Source: an uncultured Alistipes sp.
Lineage (GTDB): Bacteria; Bacillota; Clostridia; Oscillospirales; Ruminococcaceae
Direction of reading: 5' to 3'
NCBI GenBank assembly: GCA_964460175.1
Contig: CAYWPN010000002.1
Coordinates: forward strand, 127,145 to 191,144
Length of the DNA: 64,000 bases
Numbering within the stretch: the first letter of the stretch is position 1; the number at the start of each line of letters is the position of its first letter. A program made the translations under genes and the position numbers. The notes beneath the pieces are model-generated. The model was not told where the DNA came from. It ran no database searches and saw nothing but the letters and a program-made list of their open reading frames with translations. Below are positions 17,761 to 26,074 of this stretch, one piece after another.

Positions 17761-17787
17761 TTGCTTACATGAATAACATGGTATAAT
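17761..17787 (+). promoter_or_regulatory. Candidate extended -10 promoter for the sRNA candidate
   Basis: TGgTATAAT at 17779-17787. The -35 is imperfect (TTGCTT at 17761-17766, only a 15-nt spacer). Confidence 0.45.
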
Positions 17788-17793
17788 AATAAC

Positions 17794-17999
17794 AGGTCAG
17801 AGAAGAGAAAACCTTATATAAAGCCTGCTCCCAGAGGTATCTGCACAATAACCTTCGGGAGCAGGGCAGGACAACACAGTTATATCACGGGGGACGATAT
17901 TGTGCTGTCTTACGAAATCTACCGTCTGAAAGCATCTCCTTACAGACTTAATATAAGAAACAGCCCATACCTTTCACAGCAGGTATGGGCTTTTCTTTT
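17794..17999 (+). ncRNA. Candidate stand-alone structured sRNA (about 200 nt), class unknown
   Basis: Lies between an extended -10 promoter and a perfect 10-bp terminator. Hairpin A pairs CCTGCTCCC 17824-17832 with GGGAGCAGG 17857-17865, with an inner GAGGT/ACCTT extension. Hairpin B pairs GACAACACA 17870-17878 with TGTGCTGTC 17901-17909, with inner ATATC/GATAT. A possible closing helix pairs CTTATATAAAG 17812-17822 with CTTAATATAAG 17947-17957. There is no plausible ORF and no plus-strand gene downstream. Confidence 0.35.
17963..17999. terminator. Hairpin terminator serving the plus-strand sRNA candidate, and probably also the convergent minus-strand phosphorelay operon
   Basis: GCCCATACCT-ttcacagc-AGGTATGGGC followed by TTTTCTTTT on the plus strand. 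On the minus strand the same hairpin directly follows the stop at 17998 and is followed by TGTTTCTTATATT. Confidence 0.8.
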
Positions 18000-19074
18000 A
18001 ATCATATTTCGGGAAAAGCAAAGAAAATTCAGCACCCTTGTCCACTTCTCCGTATGCTTCGACAAGTCCGCCGTGACGCTCCATGATACGATTGACAAGT
18101 GCAAGTCCAACACCGCTTCCCTCAAATTCCTCTTCGGAATGAAGTCTCTGGAAAACCTGAAAAAGCTTGTTTGCATAGGTCATATCAAATCCCGAACCGT
18201 TGTCCCTGATTTTTATTTTATTGTAAGTCTTGTCGGAACTTCCCGACACTTCTATAACTGCCTGTTCTCTCTTCGACGTATACTTTATGGCATTGCCGAG
18301 CAGATTTTTCATCATTATACCGATAAGTACTTCGTCGCCCTCAACAGTCGGCAAATCTCCGCATATAAAGTCAATTTTACGTCCGCTTTCAAGCGCATAC
18401 AGGTCTCTGAACATATTTTCAGCGATTTCCTTTATATTGACAGGCTTCATCTTCGGCTTTACATTGCACATCTTTGAAAACTCAAAAAGCCTTTCAATCA
18501 TAATTCTTGTCTGGGTTGCCTTTGATACAATCATATCCATGATGTCATAAATTCCCTGTTCCTGATTTTCGCCGAGTTCACCCCTCAGCATTTCAATCAG
18601 CATATTTATTATATTGAACGGTGCTTTAAGGTCGTGTGAGACGGCAGAACAGAACATAGTAAGTTCGTTGTTTGCATTGGTAAGGTCTTTCTGCTGATTT
18701 GCAATCTGCAAATGAGTGCGTATTCTTGCGAGATACTCCTCTTTGATAAAAGGCTTCCTGACATAATCACAGCCTCCGAGTTCAAAACTTCTGCTGATTA
18801 TTTCAGGACTTGTTTCAGAAGTCAGAAAAATAATCGGTATCGCACTTGTTTTCTGGTTGCTTTTTATCACTCTGCACAATTCAAGACCGTTCGTATCGCC
18901 TAACTGAATATCGAGCAGTATCATGTCAGGTGTTCTCTTTTCAAGAAATGTGACAGCAGCCTTTCCGCTTGTTGCAGCGAATACCCTGTAACCCTCTGCT
19001 TTCAGAAGAGTTCCCGAATACGCTATCTGGTCGGGCATATCGTCCACAATAAGAATTTCCGCATAGTTTGTCAT
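17998..19074 (-). CDS. Hybrid response regulator-histidine kinase (REC-HisKA-HATPase_c)
   Basis: N-terminal receiver (ILIVDDMPDQ...DMILLDIQLGDTNG...KPF). H-box AVSHDLKAPF. C-terminal ATPase (DNGSGFD, GSGVGLALV). Confidence 0.88.
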   Translation of the reverse strand: MTNYAEILIVDDMPDQIAYSGTLLKAEGYRVFAATSGKAAVTFLEKRTPDMILLDIQLGDTNGLELCRVIKSNQKTSAIPIIFLTSETSPEIISRSFELGGCDYVRKPFIKEEYLARIRTHLQIANQQKDLTNANNELTMFCSAVSHDLKAPFNIINMLIEMLRGELGENQEQGIYDIMDMIVSKATQTRIMIERLFEFSKMCNVKPKMKPVNIKEIAENMFRDLYALESGRKIDFICGDLPTVEGDEVLIGIMMKNLLGNAIKYTSKREQAVIEVSGSSDKTYNKIKIRDNGSGFDMTYANKLFQVFQRLHSEEEFEGSGVGLALVNRIMERHGGLVEAYGEVDKGAEFSLLFPKYD

Positions 19075-19838
19075 TTAATATCACCTGATTTATACTTCGA
19101 CGGCGTTGTGCCTGTTATTTCCTTGAAAACCTTTGTAAAATAGTCAACAGAAGCATATCCCAGTATATCGCTGATTTCATAAGCCTTGTAGTTTCCCGTG
19201 CGGAGAAGTTCCACAGCATAGCCGATTTTCACTCTCGAATGGAAGTCATGAAACGTTACACCGAAATTCTGTTTGAATAATTTACTGAAATAGTCCTTGC
19301 TGTAGCCCTGAGCGTCCGCAATATCATCAACGGTGAAAAGTTCACGGTAATGTTCCGAAAAATAGTCGATAACCTGACCTGTAAACTTGCTCGCATCGGG
19401 CGATATATCAAGTCCGCTGATTATTTCCGCAATAACCGGCGCAGTCCTGCCCCTGTTGCTGAGTTCGTCTATCCGTTCTTTCGCACGGTTCAGGACTTCT
19501 GCAAGTTTTTTCTGTTCCACAGGCTTGAGAAGATAGTCAAACGCACCTAAAACAAGCCCCTGTCTTGCGTACTCAAATTCGTCGTAGGAACTCGCAAAGA
19601 CTACAGGAATAGTATTTCCCTTTTCATTCAGTTTGCGGAGCATTTCGATACCGTCAATAAACGGCATACGTATGTCGGTAAAAATCAGGTCAAACGACTG
19701 ATTTTCAAGAATTTCAAGTGCCTGCTTACCGTTTGTCGCCTCGGCGGAAATAGCAAATCCGCATTCCGACCACGTTTTCATTTTTGAATAAATGAAACGC
19801 AGTGCCGTATCATCTTCAACTAAAAGTACTCTGTACAT
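19071..19838 (-). CDS. Response regulator with an AraC-type HTH output domain
   Basis: Start at MYRVLLVEDD (ATG 1 nt after the upstream stop). REC (DLIFTDIRMPFIDG) plus a C-terminal AraC HTH (YASVDYFTKVFKEITGTTPSKY). Its 3' end overlaps the next gene by 4 nt. Confidence 0.9.
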   Translation of the reverse strand: MYRVLLVEDDTALRFIYSKMKTWSECGFAISAEATNGKQALEILENQSFDLIFTDIRMPFIDGIEMLRKLNEKGNTIPVVFASSYDEFEYARQGLVLGAFDYLLKPVEQKKLAEVLNRAKERIDELSNRGRTAPVIAEIISGLDISPDASKFTGQVIDYFSEHYRELFTVDDIADAQGYSKDYFSKLFKQNFGVTFHDFHSRVKIGYAVELLRTGNYKAYEISDILGYASVDYFTKVFKEITGTTPSKYKSGDIK

Positions 19839-19839
19839 T

Positions 19840-20763
19840 TTATACCTCCTGCATATTTTCGGAAATCCATAGAAAATCATAATTAAGAACAGCTTTTCTT
19901 AGTTTTCTGAAATCCTCTTTATTCATGTTATCCATAAATGACTGAATATTTTCGGTAAAAATATCGACGGCGGAAATATCAAACTCGCAGGCAAGAGAAA
20001 AGAAACTCTCCCAAAGCGATTTCCAGTTTGATTTATAATCGTCGGACGGATATTTTTCCGCAAGACTGTCATGACACAGATTAAGTTCATTAAAAGTTGC
20101 GTCCCACACCTCCGTGAACTCTTCCAGACTGTCAAAGCGTTCCTGCTTCAGTTCAGCACTCAGACTGCATGATATTCTGTACAGCTTTTTGCAGAACATA
20201 TTTCCCGAAATTCCTTTTATATTGTGAAGTATCTCCCTTGCACCGATAAAGTTACCGTTTACAGCATTTTCCACAAGCATTTCGCAGTCCTGTCTGTGAA
20301 TGCTCAGGAACTGTTTCAGTATACTTAAAACAGCCTTCTCATCTTTCATTACAGCAAGAAGTTCGTCATAAGCGAAAATAACATCATCTTCCGAACTAAC
20401 ATCTGTATCAGCGGAAATATATCTGCCGAGAAGTTCTTTCAGTTCCGTCATTTGCAGAGGTTTCAGAAGTGAAGCATTCATTCCGCTCGAAATAAACCTG
20501 TTGTCATCTTCTATTCTGTCGGCTGACAATGCAATCACAGGCACAGACTTGTTTTTTTCTCTGATAAGCCGGCAGGCTGTATAGCCGTCCATTTCAGGCA
20601 TATTTATATCCATGAAAATCAATGAAAAGTCCTGTTTCTGTGCAATTTCCACTGCTGACATACCGCTGTCCGCCGTTGTCACGTCAAAACCGCAGTTTTT
20701 AAGCAAAATTGACTGGATTTCAAGATTTATTTCGTTATCATCAACAAGTAAAACTTTTATCAT
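19840..20763 (-). CDS. REC-HPt phosphotransfer protein with an extra C-terminal region of about 90 aa
   Basis: MIKVLLVDDNEINLE...LIFMDINMPEMDG receiver. HPt motif ILHNIKGISGNM. Confidence 0.85.
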   Translation of the reverse strand: MIKVLLVDDNEINLEIQSILLKNCGFDVTTADSGMSAVEIAQKQDFSLIFMDINMPEMDGYTACRLIREKNKSVPVIALSADRIEDDNRFISSGMNASLLKPLQMTELKELLGRYISADTDVSSEDDVIFAYDELLAVMKDEKAVLSILKQFLSIHRQDCEMLVENAVNGNFIGAREILHNIKGISGNMFCKKLYRISCSLSAELKQERFDSLEEFTEVWDATFNELNLCHDSLAEKYPSDDYKSNWKSLWESFFSLACEFDISAVDIFTENIQSFMDNMNKEDFRKLRKAVLNYDFLWISENMQEV

Positions 20764-20771
20764 AACTCACC

Positions 20772-23700
20772 TCACAGCCATTTTTTAAGTGCTTTGAGAA
20801 GCTGACCAAAATCAAGCGGTTTAGCGATATGTTCATTCATTCCCGCATTTTTTGCCATTGTAACGTCTTCCGCAAAGGCATTCGCAGTCATTGCAATAAT
20901 CGGAACGGATTTTGCGTAATCGCCTGACAGCGCACGGATAGCGTGGGCAGCCTCATAACCATTCATGACAGGCATCTGAATATCCATGAAAATAATGTCA
21001 TAATAGCCGTCCCTGACAGAAGTAATTATGTCAACAGCCTGTTTACCGTCTTTGGCAAAATCAACTGTAAGACCTGCCATATCAAGAATTTCTCCTGCTA
21101 TTTCCGCATTGAGTTCATTATCCTCAACAAGAAGCGCACGTTTGCCCGAAAAATCTTCATTGCTGAACACATCAAGTTCAGAACCGCTATTCCCCTTAGT
21201 CTCTCCGCATACAAGTTCATTGAAAAGATGCACCATTCTCGATTTGAACAGCGGTTTTGATATGAAAGCATTTGCTCCTGCCGCTCTTGCTTCGAGTTCA
21301 ATATCAGACCAGTCATAAGCGGAAATGATGATGATAGGAACGTGCTTTCCGACTTTTTTTCTGATTTCCTTTGTCGTCTCAATGCCGTCCATTTCAGGCA
21401 TACGCCAGTCAAGAATGACAGCAAAGAAGTCATTGCCGTTTTCATAATGTTCAGCAACACGCTCAACTGCCTCTTTGCCTGTGAGAACCCACTCGCCTTT
21501 CATGCCGATTTCCCCGAGCATATCGCACGTATATTCACACGAAACCTTGTCGTCGTCGGCAACAAGAACATTCAAATCAATGAATTTTTCATAGTCGGTA
21601 AATTCCTCCTGATGTCTGAGTTTAAGGAAGAAGGTAACAGTGATTTTCGTACCCTCATTCAGTCTGCTTTCAACCTTTATATCACCGTTCATCATCTGAA
21701 TTATGTTTTTTGTAATCGGCATACCCAGTCCTGTACCCTGTATCTTATCCACACGGAAATCATCTCTTGCCCTTGCAAAAGGTTCAAACACCGTTTTCTG
21801 GAATTCTTCACTCATACCTATGCCGTTATCCTCAAAAATAAACTCATAACAGCCGACTTTCAGTTTATTCGTCGGCTTTTCGGAAATAGTCAGCCTGATA
21901 CTGCCGTTTTTTGGAGTATATTTGATTGCATTGCTCATAAGGTTCATAAAGGCCTGCTGTATGCGCTGACTGTCGCCGATAACGTTTTCATGCTCAATAT
22001 TCCTGATTGATACGGAAAGTTCGTGACCTTTTGCACTGACTTCAGGTTTGGACATGGTAAGCAGATTATCAATAAGTTCGGCAAGATTAAATTCGTCCTC
22101 CTGCAATTCCATTTTTCCGGACTCAATTTTCGACATATCAAGAACTTCATTGATAATTCCGAGAAGATGTTTCGATGATATTGTGATTTTTGAAAGACAG
22201 TCCGAAAGACGTTCCTTGTCATCAATATGAGTACACGCAATCGCCGTAAGTCCTATAATTGCATTCATGGGAGTGCGTATATCGTGGCTCATATTTGCAA
22301 GAAAGTCTGTTTTTGCAGAATTGGCGATATTTGCCGACTCGTAAGCTGTGCGGAGTGCTTCCTGCTGTGCCAGTTCTGCCTTTTTCTGTCCGTCAATCAC
22401 GTTTCCTGCGAATACAACAGCAATGACTTCGCCGTGTTCGTCTCTTTCAGACGCAACAAGAGTAAGCCTGCACCAGCCAAGATTATTGCGCTGAAATTCA
22501 AGCGTTGTATACTCTGCGTCTGCAAGACTGCTTCGTATATTTTCAGGATTTAAAAAATCCGCAACACGCTGTTTCCATTCGGGAACAGCCATTTTTTCCG
22601 TATAGATATTAAAAAAATATCCGAAATCACAATATTTATTAAAATATTTCTCTAAATCTGCATGGGCTTTCAGAACAGTACATCTTTTTTCCGTAAGCGA
22701 TATATGATAAAGTGAAGAGTAAATCTTTCCGAGTGAACCGATAATATCCCTGTGCTTTTTTTCCTCACTTCTGTCCGATGTTATGTCATAGGCAACAAAA
22801 TTCGCACGGACGTGTCCTTCTATTTTATAGAGAAGTATAAGAATACGGCGGTATTTCTTTACAGCAGGAACATAATATTCAAAACCTACAACAGACTCAC
22901 CGTTGTTGCATATTTCAGTAAGTTTGTCACGGCTTTTTGCAATTGAAATAGTCTCCGCATTTTCAGATACTATTCTTTTATCTGAAAGCCATACTGCTGA
23001 AAATTCGTCGTAAGTGACAGGCATTGTCAGACCGAGATTTTTCGTGAGATTTTCACCGCCGGAAGAAATTACATGATTTTCTATGATATTTCTGTCGAGG
23101 TCGACTGTAAAGAATGTTTCGCTCCCGAAAACAAGCGCATTTCTGTACTGTCTGCGTTCTTCGTCGAGTTTTTTCTCCATGAGTTCCTGTTCCGTTATAT
23201 CCGTAACGGAAGTAAGAATATATTTTTTCCCGCTGCTGAAACTAAGAAGTTTTGTATCTGCCTTAACTGATATTCTTCCGCCGTCCACTGTATCGGAATG
23301 AAACACATAACTTACACGGTCTCCAGTATTCTGAAGTGAATGCACTGCTTTTCTTACATCATCTATATCTTCCCTGTCAATTTTCGTCATGATATTGGTG
23401 ATATATTCTTTGTTGTCCGTATCTATGCTGTGAAAAATCCTGTCCGCCTCCTGATTGAGAATGAGAATATCTCTTTCGGGAAGAGTATAGGCAAAAAATC
23501 CTCCGCTGAAAGAGTTTGCCATTTCCTCCTGCATTGCGAGGATATTACTGAGCTGGGTATTTCTTTCTTCCATTTCAGTTACGTCCTGCATGAGAATATA
23601 CCAGTGTTTTCTGCCCGTTACTTCATCTTCCACAAGTTTTCCTCTGTCTATAACCCAGCGGACAGAACCGTCTTTATGCGGTATGCGGTATTTGACAGCA

Positions 23701-25355
23701 TAGAAACCGTTGTTTTCAGTCATCTGTTTTTCCGCTTCTGCAATAACCCTTACGCTGTCTTCTGCACAGATATTGCTTGTAACATGACTGCCGAATTTAT
23801 CAAGGAATTCCCTGACGGTGTAACCTTGCAGCATAGCTGCACCCTCGCTGATATATTCATATCTGTAGTTATCATTTACATCGGCGATTTTAAGTCCGCC
23901 CGAAATGCCGTTGAAAATAACGTCAAGCCGTTTGTTCATTTCGTCGTTGGCGGATTTCAGTGCCTCTTTCTGCATATTCTCTTTTCTGCGGATTTCAGTT
24001 ATATCGCTTGCAACAACAGAGGCGTGTATATGATTTGTCTGCTCGTCGCACGACATAAGGCAGTTTGTTCTTATGTACAAATCACGTTCTGCATTATGGT
24101 ATTCAGTTACAGCGTTTGTAATTCCAGCCCTGAACTGCTCAATAAGGCCTTTGCAGGTGAAATTTCTTGCCATTTCCTCGTTTGCAAAGATAATTTCGGA
24201 ATTTTCCAGATACTTTGCAAGAAGTTCGTCAAAACTCACAGGAACAGAAAATCCCAGTTCTTTTATGAGATTTACGCCGTGAGCTGTAATAAATTCCTCA
24301 TGTATAAGACCAGATGTGACATCAAAGAAAAAGCTGAACTCTGAACCGTTTGCAAGTGCTTCACGGTAACTTTTCCGTTCCGTAACAAGAGAATTTGTAA
24401 GATTTGTCTGTTCTGTTATGTCAAGCATGGAACAGAGTATATATTTCTGACCCGTTGCGAATTGCAGTAACTTCACATTCGCCTCAACATCTATTATCTC
24501 ACCGTCAATCTGTACTTTATAGGAATGCTTTACGCTGTCACCCGTATTTTTCAGTTTTTCTTTCACTCTGCATACACGCTGTCTGTCCTGCGGGACAATG
24601 CAGTTTTTAATGAAATCCATAATCGCTTTTATCGGGTCATCGCCCTTTTTACAGCTTATAATCTTCTTTGCCTCGTCATTTATAAGAAGCAGCTTATGTT
24701 CGGGAACTGTATAAGCAAACACACCACAGTTAATGGAATCGAGCATTTCTTTCTGCATATCATGACTGTCTTTTACAGCATTATAATTTCTGCGGATTTT
24801 TTCATGTTCTTCTTTATTGCGGATAACAGTACCGATAAAAGTACCTAAAAGCAGGAGTGACTCCTCAGCAAGTGCGGTTATATCTTTCGGAGCATTGTCA
24901 ATTCCTATAAAGCCTATAAGTTTACTTCCTGTTGCTATGGGTGCTTCAACCGCACTTCTTATATTCTGTCTCCGAAGAGTTTTGTAGACAAACGGGTCTG
25001 AATATTTTATATCCTCTATATCTCCCACAACAACACTTCTGCCTTTTTCGAGCGTTTCAACCCAATAGAAGATACTGTCCGCAGGAATATCCTGCAAAGT
25101 ATCGATTTCAGAAGATATACCGTCCGCACACCATTCAAACGTGTTTGAATAATAATTATCCGTCTCTTCAAATATGTAAGCCCTCTCCGCACCGAGATAC
25201 TGTCCAACACAGGCAAGAACTTCGTTAATTGCCTTTTTCAGATTGCTTTCAGAATTAAGTTTAGCAATCTGCTTGTGCATCATTTCAGAAACTTCGAGTT
25301 TTTTTATAAGCAGTGCTGTATCCTGCACTGAGCAGTTATTGAAGTTTTCAGCCAT
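20772..25355 (-). CDS. Soluble hybrid sensor histidine kinase (GAF - multiple PAS-like modules - HisKA - HATPase_c - REC - REC), 1527 aa
   Basis: No TM segment seen. GAF-like N-terminus. Internally duplicated PAS-like pairs. H-box FLANMSHDIRTPMNAIIG (about aa 1024). N/G boxes (MSNAIKYT, DNGIGM, GTGLGM). Two receivers (VILDWRMPEMDG; IIFMDIQMPVMNG). Confidence 0.92.
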   Translation of the reverse strand: MAENFNNCSVQDTALLIKKLEVSEMMHKQIAKLNSESNLKKAINEVLACVGQYLGAERAYIFEETDNYYSNTFEWCADGISSEIDTLQDIPADSIFYWVETLEKGRSVVVGDIEDIKYSDPFVYKTLRRQNIRSAVEAPIATGSKLIGFIGIDNAPKDITALAEESLLLLGTFIGTVIRNKEEHEKIRRNYNAVKDSHDMQKEMLDSINCGVFAYTVPEHKLLLINDEAKKIISCKKGDDPIKAIMDFIKNCIVPQDRQRVCRVKEKLKNTGDSVKHSYKVQIDGEIIDVEANVKLLQFATGQKYILCSMLDITEQTNLTNSLVTERKSYREALANGSEFSFFFDVTSGLIHEEFITAHGVNLIKELGFSVPVSFDELLAKYLENSEIIFANEEMARNFTCKGLIEQFRAGITNAVTEYHNAERDLYIRTNCLMSCDEQTNHIHASVVASDITEIRRKENMQKEALKSANDEMNKRLDVIFNGISGGLKIADVNDNYRYEYISEGAAMLQGYTVREFLDKFGSHVTSNICAEDSVRVIAEAEKQMTENNGFYAVKYRIPHKDGSVRWVIDRGKLVEDEVTGRKHWYILMQDVTEMEERNTQLSNILAMQEEMANSFSGGFFAYTLPERDILILNQEADRIFHSIDTDNKEYITNIMTKIDREDIDDVRKAVHSLQNTGDRVSYVFHSDTVDGGRISVKADTKLLSFSSGKKYILTSVTDITEQELMEKKLDEERRQYRNALVFGSETFFTVDLDRNIIENHVISSGGENLTKNLGLTMPVTYDEFSAVWLSDKRIVSENAETISIAKSRDKLTEICNNGESVVGFEYYVPAVKKYRRILILLYKIEGHVRANFVAYDITSDRSEEKKHRDIIGSLGKIYSSLYHISLTEKRCTVLKAHADLEKYFNKYCDFGYFFNIYTEKMAVPEWKQRVADFLNPENIRSSLADAEYTTLEFQRNNLGWCRLTLVASERDEHGEVIAVVFAGNVIDGQKKAELAQQEALRTAYESANIANSAKTDFLANMSHDIRTPMNAIIGLTAIACTHIDDKERLSDCLSKITISSKHLLGIINEVLDMSKIESGKMELQEDEFNLAELIDNLLTMSKPEVSAKGHELSVSIRNIEHENVIGDSQRIQQAFMNLMSNAIKYTPKNGSIRLTISEKPTNKLKVGCYEFIFEDNGIGMSEEFQKTVFEPFARARDDFRVDKIQGTGLGMPITKNIIQMMNGDIKVESRLNEGTKITVTFFLKLRHQEEFTDYEKFIDLNVLVADDDKVSCEYTCDMLGEIGMKGEWVLTGKEAVERVAEHYENGNDFFAVILDWRMPEMDGIETTKEIRKKVGKHVPIIIISAYDWSDIELEARAAGANAFISKPLFKSRMVHLFNELVCGETKGNSGSELDVFSNEDFSGKRALLVEDNELNAEIAGEILDMAGLTVDFAKDGKQAVDIITSVRDGYYDIIFMDIQMPVMNGYEAAHAIRALSGDYAKSVPIIAMTANAFAEDVTMAKNAGMNEHIAKPLDFGQLLKALKKWL

Positions 25356-25471
25356 ACAAATAACCTCCGTTAAATATATTCTTTTATATTATAACATATT
25401 CCGTAAATGATTTCAATAGTATTACTGCTGTTTTTCTTTAAAGTTATCCGTAAAAATTTTCCTGATTATTA

Positions 25472-25500
25472 TTGAATTTTTGTAAAAAATATGTTATTAT
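25472..25500 (+). promoter_or_regulatory. Candidate promoter for the 25537 gene and nnr
   Basis: TTGAAT - 17 nt - TGtTATTAT. Confidence 0.5.
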
Positions 25501-25536
25501 ATTAATGAAAGAAATATTTTTAAGGAGTATTTAATC

Positions 25537-26070
25537 ATGGATAATTTTGCAGAACAGCTTGTTAAAAAACAGCTGACAAAAAGTGATAAAACAAGAAATA
25601 TGGTTTCTCTTGTTATCGGTATCGGTCTGACTGTATTTTTCGTTGTTACTTCAGTTCTGACAGTCGGAAGCGGTGGTCTCTTCTCATTTCTGGGAATTAT
25701 TCTTGCTGTTTTTTCAGGAATAATGACTTACATCAATCAGCGCAACAAAAAGGTTGAATATGAATACACATTCACAAACGGCGACCTCGATGTTGACAAG
25801 ATAATCGCACAGTCAAAGCGCAGGGAAATGATTTCAACACAGGTCAGCAAGTTCACGGCTTTCGGTAAATACGATTTGAGCGTACCCGAAGAAACCGATG
25901 ATATGACTGTTGTATATGCGACTGATAATATTGAAAGTCACGAATACTATGCAGATTTTCAGCATGAAGAATATGGCAGTACAAGACTTGTATTCTGTCC
26001 GAATGAAAAAATGCTGAGCAATATAAATAACTGTCTCCCACGTCAGTTGAAAATCAAGCAAAAGGAGTGA
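25537..26070 (+). CDS. Hypothetical membrane protein (two TM helices plus a soluble C-terminal domain)
   Basis: AAGGAG RBS. Hydrophobic segments VSLVIGIGLTVFFVVTSVL and LFSFLGIILAVFSGIMTYI. No function recognised. Confidence 0.7.
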   Translation: MDNFAEQLVKKQLTKSDKTRNMVSLVIGIGLTVFFVVTSVLTVGSGGLFSFLGIILAVFSGIMTYINQRNKKVEYEYTFTNGDLDVDKIIAQSKRREMISTQVSKFTAFGKYDLSVPEETDDMTVVYATDNIESHEYYADFQHEEYGSTRLVFCPNEKMLSNINNCLPRQLKIKQKE

Positions 26071-26074
26071 ATTT

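Noticed and set aside
17794-17999. Identity of the structured RNA as SRP RNA, 6S RNA, tmRNA, RNase P RNA or a riboswitch
   Set aside because: I could not find the SRP helix-8 GGAA/AGCA motif context, the tmRNA tag ORF or the RNase P conserved regions. There is no downstream plus-strand gene for a riboswitch. A 6S-like end-to-end closing stem is only weakly supported. It is kept as an unclassified candidate.
17902-18477. 191-aa plus-strand ORF starting in the sRNA candidate region
   Set aside because: It has a non-ATG start and no RBS. It runs through a strong terminator hairpin and lies antisense to the REC-kinase gene.
23340-24344. 334-aa plus-strand ORF, and several other 60-220-aa ORFs, inside 20772-25355
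   Set aside because: All are antisense or off-frame within the 1527-aa hybrid kinase gene, whose domain order is continuous and conserved-looking.
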